DNA of 32,000 bases from Thermofilum adornatum (GCF_000446015.1 NC_022093.1:180001-212000); one strand, 5' to 3'; shown: positions 9,486-18,766, numbered from the stretch's first letter. Made by a program: numbers and translations. Notes: a model not told the origin generated them from the sequence alone.

Positions 9486-10496
9486 CTAGAACTCTTCTAC
9501 TGCCTCAACCCTCATCTTTGTTACCTCCTCTAGTGCCTCTGCCTTCTCATAAAATCGATCGAAATCAACTTCCTCGTGCATGTAGCCGTTTATCTTCACG
9601 ACGAGTTTATCGTTAGCCATCTCAGTTCCCACATATATCCCTTCACCCTTGTAGGCATTCTTAAAGGAGTCTGCAAGACGCACCGTAGCCGCAATGACTA
9701 GAGCCTTGACTCCCATTGAGGCAAGCTCTTGATCCTCTGTAATTCTGGTCTTCCTCCTGTGATACAAGATGGTCTTTGAGACAATGTCCAAGTCTACTTT
9801 GTCTCCTAGAAAACCAGTTTTCTTAACGTATTCGGCCCCAATAATGTGGTGGTCTTCCTCTCGTCCCCATACACGTCCAATATCATGCAGGAGACCCGCA
9901 ACATAGGTGTTTAGCCTGTCTTGAGCGGTGAAGCGGTACTTGTCCTGAAGAGCATCTAGTACGTCGAGAGCAACACCTGCAACTGTTGAGGCATGGTCAA
10001 GGTAGCCCCAATAGCCAGTCTTTTCGACTTCTTCAAGTAACCTCTTCAGGAATGGCAGATCAGTTATTTTGATGGCGCGGAAGAACCACCTGAGAGCTAG
10101 ACCTTGTGATATTGTTTCGTTAACGTAGCCAAGCGACCTGAGCCTTCCCAGAATCGTGTTGGGCGACGCATTGTCTCTCAGTGCCAGAAGCATACCCACC
10201 GTGCTACCACTCCTCCCAATCCCGCCATAGCAGTGGATCAAGACTCCTTTCCCACTGCGCAGGGCCTCCAAGGCTGGGAGCACGGCCTTGTAGAGTACGC
10301 CCTCGAAAGCCCTAAACGAAAAGTCAGGTATGGGGTAGCTGATTTTCTCTACTGTGCTGGGCAACTCATATTTACACTCGTTCTCAGTTAAATCTACAAC
10401 AAGGCCTAGCCCCCTCTTTGCTAGTTGCCTTAGAGTCTCCGTGTCCGGGCACGAGGACCAGTAGAGACCACCATTCAGGTCGCGTAGCCGAGCCAT
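9486..10496 (-). CDS. Fusion protein: dual-specificity/tyrosine phosphatase domain plus HD-domain phosphohydrolase
   Basis: 336 aa ORF. The N-terminal half has the P-loop HCYGGIGRSGS (HCx5R[ST]). The C-terminal half has H...LLHDIGR...HH...H, the HD signature. Confidence 0.75.
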   Translation of the reverse strand: MARLRDLNGGLYWSSCPDTETLRQLAKRGLGLVVDLTENECKYELPSTVEKISYPIPDFSFRAFEGVLYKAVLPALEALRSGKGVLIHCYGGIGRSGSTVGMLLALRDNASPNTILGRLRSLGYVNETISQGLALRWFFRAIKITDLPFLKRLLEEVEKTGYWGYLDHASTVAGVALDVLDALQDKYRFTAQDRLNTYVAGLLHDIGRVWGREEDHHIIGAEYVKKTGFLGDKVDLDIVSKTILYHRRKTRITEDQELASMGVKALVIAATVRLADSFKNAYKGEGIYVGTEMANDKLVVKINGYMHEEVDFDRFYEKAEALEEVTKMRVEAVEEF

Positions 10497-10576
10497 AGTC
10501 CTTCTCCACCATCAAAGTTTATACTGTTATTGATTACGGCGCTAAAAATTTGTATATGCATGTTGCATGTTAAACG

Positions 10577-11968
10577 ATGCATGAAGACATAGCCCAGATT
10601 CTATTTGAAAAAGCGGGCCACCTGGGAGCCAGTTTTGCCGAGGTAAGATTTGAGGACACGACTAGAGAGTTCATCTCCTATGTAAACGGACGCATCACTT
10701 CTCTCGGGAACCAGAAGACCAAGGGTGCAAGTATAAGAGTGATCTACGAGGGGGGACTTGGATTCGCCTCGACATACGACTTGAGCAGAGACGGTCTTCT
10801 CAAGGCCTTGGAAGAGGCCGTAAAAATTGCTAGATCCCTCTCTGGCTCTGGCAAAAAACTAGCGACAGTAGAGCCATACAAGAAGAGCTTCAAGATTGAA
10901 AACGTGAAGAACCACCCCTCCCAAGCAGAATTAACTGAAAAAATTGGGCTTGTAAAGAGGATATACAGCTACCTAAGCGAGAGAAAGGTGTCCTCTTCTA
11001 TAGCGAGGTACGGCTCCTACTATGGCGTTATAGAGGTCTACACAAGCGACGGGCTACACGTGTCAGCAGAGAGGCTCGTGACAGGAATATCTGCAACCGC
11101 CGTAATCAGGGAAAATGGCAAAGTAGGAGACAGCACAGAAACCTACGGCGCGTCGCTTGGACTGGAGGCTTTTACAGGCGAAAACTCCCCTGAAAACATA
11201 GCCGAGAAGGCCTACGAGAACGCAAGGCTAGCATTAAAGGCATCGCGGCCCCCTGCAGGCCTCCAGACAGTAATCACTCGTCCAGAGCTCACGGGCGTCT
11301 TTGCGCACGAGAGCTTTGGACACCTAACAGAGGGCGACGGCATATTTGCTGGTTCAAGCCCCCTGGTAGGAAGACTTGGCGAAAAATTGGCCAGCGAGCA
11401 AGTTACGATTGTCGATTCTGGCTACGACGAGAGGGGAGGCTACGTGTTTCTCGCAGACGACGAGGGGGTACCCACTAGGAGAACGGTCCTGGTCGAGAAG
11501 GGAATACTTAAGGGCTACCTGCATAGCAGGGAAAGCGCTGCACTCACTGGTATGGAGCCTACGGGAAACGGGAGGGCCCAAAGTTTTGAGCATGACGTTA
11601 TTGTTAGGATGAGGAATACCTTCTTTGAGGCTGGCAACTGGAAAGAAGAAGAGATAATTGCCGACACAAAGAACGGGCTTCTACTAGACAAGCCGGCCGG
11701 TGGACAGGTCGAGGAAGACGGCACCTTCACATTTAACGCTAGGATAGGATTCATAATAGAGAATGGGGAGATAAAGGAACCAGTTAGGGACGTTGTCCTT
11801 GCAGGCAACATACTTGAAATGCTGAGATATATCGACGCTGTAGGCAAAAACGTTGAAATATCTACGAGCCCCTTCGGTGGCTGTGGAAAATGGGGCCAAT
11901 GGGTGCACGTCGGCGATGGTGGTCCTACGCTTAGAGTATCCAGGCTTCTTGTGGGTGGTGAAAAATGA
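10577..11968 (+). CDS. tldD: TldD-family metalloprotease
   Basis: 463 aa ORF with the HESFGH (HExxxH) motif, a GGxxE-rich C-terminal region, and an ATGA overlap with the pmbA-like gene. Confidence 0.9.
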   Translation: MHEDIAQILFEKAGHLGASFAEVRFEDTTREFISYVNGRITSLGNQKTKGASIRVIYEGGLGFASTYDLSRDGLLKALEEAVKIARSLSGSGKKLATVEPYKKSFKIENVKNHPSQAELTEKIGLVKRIYSYLSERKVSSSIARYGSYYGVIEVYTSDGLHVSAERLVTGISATAVIRENGKVGDSTETYGASLGLEAFTGENSPENIAEKAYENARLALKASRPPAGLQTVITRPELTGVFAHESFGHLTEGDGIFAGSSPLVGRLGEKLASEQVTIVDSGYDERGGYVFLADDEGVPTRRTVLVEKGILKGYLHSRESAALTGMEPTGNGRAQSFEHDVIVRMRNTFFEAGNWKEEEIIADTKNGLLLDKPAGGQVEEDGTFTFNARIGFIIENGEIKEPVRDVVLAGNILEMLRYIDAVGKNVEISTSPFGGCGKWGQWVHVGDGGPTLRVSRLLVGGEK

Positions 11969-13293
11969 GAGAAGAGTTTCAATCTATTGCTGAGTGGATA
12001 CTGAAACGCGCATTAGAGCTCGGCGCGGACGAAGCAGAAGTAAGCCTCACTGTTTCGACCTCTAGGCTTGTAAAAAGCGAGGGAGTCTATCCAAAGGCTC
12101 TCTCCAGGGCATCTATCGACGTGTGGATCAGGGTGGCAAAAGGCAAAAGGGTAGCAATAGCTACTGCCTCTACTCTTGAAAGAGATGCCCTGGCAAGCAC
12201 GGTCGAGAAAGCCGTTCAGCTTGCACGCGTGTCCGAAGAAGACCCCCACTGGAACGGTTTGCCGGATCCAGAGAAGCCTACACATAGCTGGGTAGGCTTC
12301 GACGAGGGCATAGTAAGCCTCGAGGCAGGATGGCTTCTAGACCAAGTCCGCTCCCTGATAAGCGAGGTTCCCAAGAGATATAGGGACGTTAAGGTAACTG
12401 CCTCAGGAGGAACACTTGCCTATGGCTACAGCTACGTGGCGAACACTAGGGGCCTCTCAGCAGAGCAGAGAGGCACCTACATGTCCATGTCGCTATCGAC
12501 AAAAGCGACACACTCGGGGAACGAGGGGACTGGCTTTGCGTTTCTAGAGTCCCGAAGCCTAGTCCTAGACTTCGACAACCTAATAGACAGGGCCTGCAAG
12601 ATGGCCCTCGACTCGGCAATGGGCGAGAAACTTGGATCGACAATAAGTGGCAATGTGGCCTTTAAGCCTCTACCGCTCGGAGAGCTACTTGAGTACCTAC
12701 TTGTCCCAGCCTTCAACGCAATGAATGTTCTAGAGGGGCTCAGCCCTCTAAGGGACAAGACCGGCCAAAAAGTCTTCGGGAAGCTGACCCTCGTAGACGA
12801 CGGCTCTCTGCCTGGAGGACTAGAAACAGCACTATTCGACGCTGAAGGCGTCCCGCGCAGGAAAACTGTCCTCGTAGAAGACGGCGTCGTAAAGGGCTTC
12901 CTCCACAACACATATACAGCTAGGAGAATGGGCGTCAAAAGCACTGGAAACGCCGCGAAAGCCAGGGGATCCTATGCCGTATCCCGGTCAAACATGATTA
13001 TACAAGGAGGCGAGCTATCCGAGGAAGAGCTAATAGAAAACGTGCAAGTGGTTGTCGACGGCACCCTGCTAAGCGTCCACACAGTAAACTATGTCACAGG
13101 AAACTTTAGTGTCGTAGCGACGAACCCCTACCTAGTGAAAAATGGCGAACTAAAGCCTCTCAAGCCAGTCAGCGTTGCCGGGAACATATACCAGTCGGCA
13201 GAAACACTCGAATTCTCGAGGAAAATAATCAACACTTATACAGGCTTCTACCTTCCCTTGACCCTTGCCGGAAAAATAACAGTGACCGGATAA
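11965..13293 (+). CDS. pmbA: PmbA/TldE-family protein (TldD partner)
   Basis: 442 aa paralogous fold lacking HExxxH, translationally coupled to tldD. Confidence 0.85.
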   Translation: MREEFQSIAEWILKRALELGADEAEVSLTVSTSRLVKSEGVYPKALSRASIDVWIRVAKGKRVAIATASTLERDALASTVEKAVQLARVSEEDPHWNGLPDPEKPTHSWVGFDEGIVSLEAGWLLDQVRSLISEVPKRYRDVKVTASGGTLAYGYSYVANTRGLSAEQRGTYMSMSLSTKATHSGNEGTGFAFLESRSLVLDFDNLIDRACKMALDSAMGEKLGSTISGNVAFKPLPLGELLEYLLVPAFNAMNVLEGLSPLRDKTGQKVFGKLTLVDDGSLPGGLETALFDAEGVPRRKTVLVEDGVVKGFLHNTYTARRMGVKSTGNAAKARGSYAVSRSNMIIQGGELSEEELIENVQVVVDGTLLSVHTVNYVTGNFSVVATNPYLVKNGELKPLKPVSVAGNIYQSAETLEFSRKIINTYTGFYLPLTLAGKITVTG

Positions 13294-13301
13294 AAAATTA
13301 T

Positions 13302-14132
13302 CTATTTTTGTCCGCTCGCCAAGAGATCCAGTCTAAAAGACCAGATATCGTAGAGAGACCTGGGGATATTTGTGCCGACTTTTCTCTCGTCTACAATTTT
13401 CCAGTAACCGCCACACTTGTAGCAGGCCATCAACCTAAACTTGTCCTCGCCCTTCACAGGTATCTCTATAATAGATTCACTCTCCTCGTTTCCACAGTAT
13501 GGACACTTTCCCTCTGGGTAGCTCCACTCTGCGCCGCAAAACTGGCACTTAAGGTGGGAATGTCCCTCCTCATCTATAAATTCCAGCCTAGACGGCCCCC
13601 CACATACGGGGCACCTCCCGCTTTTCCAAGAAGAGAAGTCTGTCTCGCCGCTTAATGCGCGAGAAAAAGCCTCAAATATTGGCTGGATTGACCAGGCGAG
13701 GATTGCCTCTAGAACCTCTGGGTCGACCTGGATTTTTTCCGCGGCTTCGTGCACTTGTTCCTCGTTTCCGGCAAATAGTGCGTCTGAGAGCTCTGAGAGC
13801 TTTATCTCGCCACTTTCACGGGAAGCCTCTATCTTGTCTATTGGCTCTACTGTCTCGGGAATGTTCTCCCTTAGGAAACTAATTATTGCTTTGTATGAGG
13901 CTAGAAGGTCTTCTTCCTCTATCTTTAGGGGCACAGAGAGGTAGGCCGGCTTTCCCTCTGCGAAGCCTTTCTGGATCTCCTCAAGGGGCAACTGTTTGAA
14001 CTTGTCGCTGAACTGGAGGCTTGTATTGTACTGGACGTCTAGAAGTTCGACATATTTAAGGAGAGAATCTTCGTCTATAGGAATGTCGGGCTTAATGTCT
14101 TTTAACTTGTCCTTCAGAGAGACTTTATCCAT
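13302..14132 (-). CDS. FdhE-like multi-zinc-ribbon protein
   Basis: 276 aa ORF with four CxxC pairs (CPVCGG, CQFCGAEW, CPYCGN, CYKCGGYWK) arranged as in FdhE. No formate dehydrogenase gene is present in the window. Confidence 0.7.
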   Translation of the reverse strand: MDKVSLKDKLKDIKPDIPIDEDSLLKYVELLDVQYNTSLQFSDKFKQLPLEEIQKGFAEGKPAYLSVPLKIEEEDLLASYKAIISFLRENIPETVEPIDKIEASRESGEIKLSELSDALFAGNEEQVHEAAEKIQVDPEVLEAILAWSIQPIFEAFSRALSGETDFSSWKSGRCPVCGGPSRLEFIDEEGHSHLKCQFCGAEWSYPEGKCPYCGNEESESIIEIPVKGEDKFRLMACYKCGGYWKIVDERKVGTNIPRSLYDIWSFRLDLLASGQK

Positions 14133-14209
14133 TTAAACCATCTCGGACAAATATCCTTAGCAGGCCATCATTAAAAAATGTAGCGTCCAAGGGAAAAACA
14201 AGGGAAAAA

Positions 14210-15100
14210 CTAAACCGCGTTCTGCATGGCCGGAGGGCCTTTGAGGAAGAAAGCTGCCGCCTCACCAACATTCACGTTTGAAGCCCTGGCTATTGGTCCA
14301 CACTTAGCCATCAACAGGACAAAAACGTTTGCGGCTGGCTGGGCATACATGAAGGACTCGAAGTTCGCCATCCCCTTGGATATAACGATGTCTGCCCATT
14401 CCAAGGCCTTGACAGCCTCCTCGGAAACATGGCCCGGAACGATGCCGGGAAAATCTGTCCCAGTACTCACGAGCTCGCCGTACTCCTGGAGCCCCAGCCT
14501 CAATGCCTCCTGGTATGTAATATCGTTCTGGTAAGGCTCGCCCCTAACTATGATCTTTAGCTTCAAGCCCATCCTCCTCAAGTCACGTATAACCATGGAG
14601 TCAAAAACAGCCTCCCCACAATTGTCGAGAACATAGGTTACCTTAGAGCTCTGGAGCAACAACAAGTAGAGCCTATCAGTCTCATCGCGGCCAAACCTAA
14701 TTTGAGAAGCCTTCTCCCAGAAAACCTCTGGATCCAGGCCATTTGGCGAGCCCGGGTCGAGAAGGTTGGCCGCAACACTTAGACCAACAAGGTACCTAAA
14801 CCTCTCGTAGCCGCTCAGCTCCTCCAATTTCCCCTCAATGCTCCTAGCTAGTTCAAGAGCTATCCTATGGCTCCTCTCCTTGTATTCCCTGTATGGGTCA
14901 GTTTCCCTTAGTAGCTCCTTTACTTTTATGAACCCCTTCCATGCAACAATAACAGTGGAGGAATCATCAATCAAGTCGCCATAATATTTTGTAAAGTCCC
15001 TGAGAAGCCTGAGCTTTTCGTCATCCGGCAAACTCGAAGCCAAAATCTCGCTGGTCCTAGTCCTATAAATGCACGGTACACATTCAGGTGACAACTTCAT
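14210..15100 (-). CDS. DUF89 (ARMT1-like damage-control phosphatase) family protein
   Basis: The ORF track gives 14210..15166, but I prefer the internal ATG at 15100 (MKLSPECVPC...), the usual N-terminus for this family. The protein contains VLDNCGEAVFD and a GMANFE-like region. Confidence 0.8.
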   Translation of the reverse strand: MKLSPECVPCIYRTRTSEILASSLPDDEKLRLLRDFTKYYGDLIDDSSTVIVAWKGFIKVKELLRETDPYREYKERSHRIALELARSIEGKLEELSGYERFRYLVGLSVAANLLDPGSPNGLDPEVFWEKASQIRFGRDETDRLYLLLLQSSKVTYVLDNCGEAVFDSMVIRDLRRMGLKLKIIVRGEPYQNDITYQEALRLGLQEYGELVSTGTDFPGIVPGHVSEEAVKALEWADIVISKGMANFESFMYAQPAANVFVLLMAKCGPIARASNVNVGEAAAFFLKGPPAMQNAV

Positions 15101-15340
15101 GTCAGATCCCCAACCAAATATTAAGCCACTATAATAACCTTTACATCCCCCAGCAACAGTAACCATCTACCCGTTAAACTCAACAAGCATCAAAATGCCG
15201 GGAAACTTGGACTAGGCCCAAAAGGCTTAGGACGCCAAAGCACCTTTGTAGCGTTGCCGGAGACTATAGAAAGAATAAAACGCATAACGCATTGCTCCAG
15301 AGGGATACTTTTATGAATGGTATAAATCATTCATACATGC

Positions 15341-15781
15341 ATGACGAGTCCTGGTGAGCCGCGGATAAATAAAGAGTACGTTCTCAGCGTAGTAGCAGAA
15401 GCCAGGGACTCTATATCATTTGTAAAGAAAGTTTCCCAGAAGCCTTTCGATTCTCTGTCAGATGCTGAGAAATATGCTATAAGGTATCACTTAATTATAA
15501 TTGCAGAGGCTTTAGCATCAATAGCTCTTCACCTCTGCAGAAACATGTTAAGTCAGAGACCAGAAACTCCGTCGCATGCTGTCAGACTCCTTGCTGACAA
15601 TAACATTATCCCTGGCGAAGTTGCCGAAGACATTTTGAGATTTCTGAGAATGAGAAACCTGCTTGTACACAGGTACTGGACTGTTGACGACAGGAAAATC
15701 TATGAGAACATTAAGAGCGACTTTAATTCTATAGAGAATTTTCTAGAGGTGGTTCTCGAAATTGTCAGAGGAGAGATATAG
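15341..15781 (+). CDS. hepT: HepT-like HEPN (DUF86) toxin
   Basis: 146 aa ORF with the Rx4HxY motif as RNLLVHRY, adjacent to a minimal nucleotidyltransferase. Confidence 0.8.
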   Translation: MTSPGEPRINKEYVLSVVAEARDSISFVKKVSQKPFDSLSDAEKYAIRYHLIIIAEALASIALHLCRNMLSQRPETPSHAVRLLADNNIIPGEVAEDILRFLRMRNLLVHRYWTVDDRKIYENIKSDFNSIENFLEVVLEIVRGEI

Positions 15782-15791
15782 ATACTATACA

Positions 15792-16178
15792 ATGTCTGAA
15801 GAAGAGAGAAAAAAAGTCCTAGACAGACTCAGAGAGATTCTAGCTAAACACGGCGTCGAGCTAGCAATTGTCTTTGGGAGCTTTACATATGCAGAAGAGT
15901 TCAGAGACATCGATATAGCTGTGTATTCAAAAAAGATGACCTTCCAAGACCTGCTAAGGCTTGGAGTAGACCTCGAGCTAGAGCTGGGATTGCCAGTTGA
16001 TGTTGCCCCTCTAGACCAGCTCCCTCCAAGATTCCGGCTTAACGTCCTATTAAGAGGCATAGTCCTGCTAGAAAAACCTGGGCTCTACGAGTGCCTCTAC
16101 ATGCAGACCCAGGACGAACTTATGCAAGCCGAGACCTCAACGAAAAGACAAAGGTTAACAGACACACTGAGGGTCTAA
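15792..16178 (+). CDS. mntA: Minimal nucleotidyltransferase (MNT) antitoxin
   Basis: The ORF track gives 15762..16178, but I prefer the ATG at 15792 (MSEEERKKVL). It has the GS...DxD motif as GSFTYAEEFRDIDIAV. Gene order here is hepT then mnt. Confidence 0.8.
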   Translation: MSEEERKKVLDRLREILAKHGVELAIVFGSFTYAEEFRDIDIAVYSKKMTFQDLLRLGVDLELELGLPVDVAPLDQLPPRFRLNVLLRGIVLLEKPGLYECLYMQTQDELMQAETSTKRQRLTDTLRV

Positions 16179-16292
16179 TGCAAGGCAGACGTTTCAACCA
16201 GCAGTCAGCTTTTTATCTTGCAATGCATGAGACGATGCCCTCAAAGAGAGACCTAAATAAAATGTAACGCTTTGTTTCCTTGAAGGATTTAA

Positions 16293-17080
16293 ATAAGAGC
16301 GCGCGCGCTCAGCGATGCAGCGGCCGACATTACCGGTGTAACGAGCCTCAAGCTTGTAACAATTGTAATTGACCTCGTAAAGGAGCTGGTCAGGCTTGGT
16401 AAAAAGAAGGTTGCCGTCTTAATGGATGAGGCGTTCCAATCGATAGGGCTCGAAAAATCAGCGGTCTATGTTAAGAGCCTTCTAAGCCTTATATAGTACC
16501 CCAGAAGCTACGAGAGCATTGTGGCTGTAGCCACTACTAGTGAGGGATTAACGAGGTCTGAGATAGGTAGACACAGGTGGGCATATATTGCGCCACTATG
16601 GAACTTGTCTCGAGAGGGCTTTATGGAGCTATACGAGCAGGAAAAACTGGGAAAGGGGAGGCTATCCTCCACCCCCTGGTTTCACGGCAGAAGACGCATG
16701 GCTTATAACGGGAGGAAACCCCTACATGATTGCGAACCTCGCTGAAACAGGGTGGTCCCCCCAAAAAGGCCGCAGAAAGAATTGTCAGCTTGAGGAAGCT
16801 CCTGTATTTTGTAAACTCTCTAAGCATGGATGAGAAGAAATGGTTATCAGAGGCCGTAGAGGACCCTGACACGCTCTTTACTAGGGAACGAATCCCGCTA
16901 CTCGACAAGCTAGTAGAACGAAACCTTGTCGTGGACGACATTCCGCCTCGAAGCCCAGACTTATGGATAGATACCCCTCCACCCGAGAAGGATACAGAGC
17001 TCGGGATAGGAAAGCATGTCGCGTGGAAAACACTTCTCCACCGTAAAGCTGTAAAGCTCGCCTTAAAAGCATCCACGTAG
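16293..17080 (+). pseudogene. Decayed archaeal AAA+ ATPase (Arch_ATPase/DUF234-like): 5' truncated, one in-frame stop, at least two frameshifts
   Basis: The frame opens at 16293 with no start codon and reads ...VIDLVKELVRLGKKKVAVLMDEAFQ (Walker B-like). An in-frame TAG lies at 16494-16496. The sense continues through three track ORFs in three frames (16521.., 16588.., 16730..), for example PPGFTAEDAWLITGGNPYMIANLAETGW then PKKAAERIVSLRKLLYFVNSLSMDEKKWL. No Walker A region is present. Confidence 0.65.
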
Positions 17081-17114
17081 CATCTTTATAGGCAGAAAGA
17101 GATCCATGCTATAG

Positions 17115-17579
17115 GTGAACATAGTGGGCACGAGTAAATACGTGCCTCAAAAGAAAGAGACGCCAACTGTTGGCCACCCTACTCTGAACCCCGAAATCAA
17201 GAAGCACCTAGACCTGGCGCTAAGCTTCCTCGAGGAAGGCAAAAGCTTCGTAGAGAAGAATCCTGTCCAAGCCTCTGAAAAACTCTACAAAGCCGCAGTA
17301 GAGTCTGTAAAGCTACTTGCCCTCTACCTAGGCGTCTCGGATGTGCTCGCACAAGTAAGGCAGAGAAACAGGTGGACAGTAACAGACCTCGAAAAAGCTG
17401 TCGAAGCAATTAGCCAGAAACTGGGAGACTGGTTCATGGCCTCCTGGGACACTGCATGGGCGCTTCACGTCTGGGGGTTCCACGAGGCAAAATTCGACTC
17501 AGAAGCAGTTAAGATTAGGCTACCTTACATTGAGAAAATAGTCGAGGAAGCAAAGAAAATAGTATCTGGGGAGGAATAG
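17115..17579 (+). CDS. PaREP1-family protein
   Basis: 154 aa ORF with a GTG start. The pattern LEEGKSFVEKNPVQASEKLYKAAVESVKLLA ... WALHVWGFHEAKF matches my recollection of the crenarchaeal PaREP1 family. Confidence 0.65.
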   Translation: MNIVGTSKYVPQKKETPTVGHPTLNPEIKKHLDLALSFLEEGKSFVEKNPVQASEKLYKAAVESVKLLALYLGVSDVLAQVRQRNRWTVTDLEKAVEAISQKLGDWFMASWDTAWALHVWGFHEAKFDSEAVKIRLPYIEKIVEEAKKIVSGEE

Positions 17580-17601
17580 ACAGTTGTCTTAAGCTAGACA
17601 T

Positions 17602-18135
17602 CTAGAAGGATCCTTTATGTTTCAAGGAGACTAGAGAGCACACTTTGTCCGCTAGCTCCTCGACACTCTCGTAGAACCTCAGCTCCGCCAGCCTCCTCGA
17701 ATCAACGTATGGCTCATAGACCCTCATCTTGTCTGACGAGAGGCCCGTCCCTCCCAAGACAAATACGGGCTTGCCTTCTAAATATGCGGTAACAATCTCC
17801 ATAATCGTGCCGGCCTCCCCGCCCACAGCGACCAACACGTCCGCCGTCCTAACGAGCACGACACTTCTACCCCTAAAACCCATGCCAGTCCTTACAACTA
17901 TGGCTCCCTCTGGGAAACTCTCGTCCTCCCGCTCTAGTGGCGGGAAAATAAGGACACCCAAGCCCCTCCCCAAAGCCTCGTCGACAACAACCCTCATGAG
18001 GCCCCAGTAGCCACCAACAGCAACTACGAGGCTTGTTCCACACCTCTCAGCCAGCAGGCCTACAAGCCTCCTAGCCTTATCCGCAAGGCCGGCAGGGGCT
18101 TCCGTCCCCAGTGCGGCTATCCCCACGACCTTCAC
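17602..18135 (-). CDS. TIGR00725-family (LOG/SLOG-like Rossmann) protein
   Basis: 177 aa ORF with VVAVGGYWGLMRVVVDEA and VAVGGEAGTIMEI...GKPVFVL, the paired GG motifs of the LOG/TIGR00725 clade. Confidence 0.75.
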   Translation of the reverse strand: MKVVGIAALGTEAPAGLADKARRLVGLLAERCGTSLVVAVGGYWGLMRVVVDEALGRGLGVLIFPPLEREDESFPEGAIVVRTGMGFRGRSVVLVRTADVLVAVGGEAGTIMEIVTAYLEGKPVFVLGGTGLSSDKMRVYEPYVDSRRLAELRFYESVEELADKVCSLVSLKHKGSF

Positions 18136-18139
18136 TTGT

Positions 18140-18484
18140 TCACCCCTTTGCTAGGTCCTCCATGAGCCTCTTGACCTCGTAGTAGACAGCACCGAGAGGC
18201 ATGTCCCTGTACAAGACGAAAACCTGCTTCCCAAAGCCGTACTTGGCATAGGCAATACCCGAGCCACTACCCTCGGCTATAAGTATCCTCACACCCATAT
18301 TCCTAGCCTTCCTCAAAAGCTCGGTAGAAAAAGAAAACGTGTCGAGAATGAGGGGAAGCTTCTCCCTGTCAACCTCGCCCACAATCCAGGTCTTCCCATC
18401 CTCCACTGCAACAATGCCCCTAAACCCCCTAACCCTCGCTAATGCAGAGCGAAGCTTCTCCTCGACCCCATCCATGCCTATCAC
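18140..18484 (-). CDS. Roadblock/LC7-like small protein (divergent)
   Basis: 114 aa ORF that aligns by eye along its length with the clearer Roadblock protein at 24552..24923 (VEE..., ...DG..., GSGI.Y...G....FVLY.D.PLG..YY.VK.L). It lies 4 nt upstream of the TIGR00725 gene. Confidence 0.55.
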   Translation of the reverse strand: MIGMDGVEEKLRSALARVRGFRGIVAVEDGKTWIVGEVDREKLPLILDTFSFSTELLRKARNMGVRILIAEGSGSGIAYAKYGFGKQVFVLYRDMPLGAVYYEVKRLMEDLAKG

Positions 18485-18596
18485 CTAGTATTTTTCCCAC
18501 AGCGTGGAAGCTTATCCAAGGACGCTAGACACACAATTAACCTCCATTCCTCCAGAAATCCCTCACCCTCTTATAAAGACTATCACCCGAGAACAA

Positions 18597-18654
18597 GTAC
18601 TTCAGCCAATCAAGCTCTCCTCACCGCTCAGAACCAGAAACCATCATCAGCACC
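18597..18654 (-). ncRNA. Candidate C/D box sRNA (2'-O-methylation guide)
   Basis: The reverse strand reads gc-TGATGA-(12 nt)-CTGA-gcgg-TGAGGA-(12 nt)-CTGA. That is C box 18644-18649, D' 18628-18631, C' 18618-18623 and D 18602-18605, with canonical 12-nt guide spacers. A TTTTTATATG box (18671-18680) lies 22 nt upstream of the C box. The locus is intergenic. Confidence 0.55.
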
Positions 18655-18766
18655 TTTACATGGTAAATCCCATATAAAAACCTTCATCGCGGCAAAACCT
18701 AAACACATCTACTATGTTCAGAAAGACGAGGCGATAAAAAACTTGAAAAGTCATCGTGTATTACCC

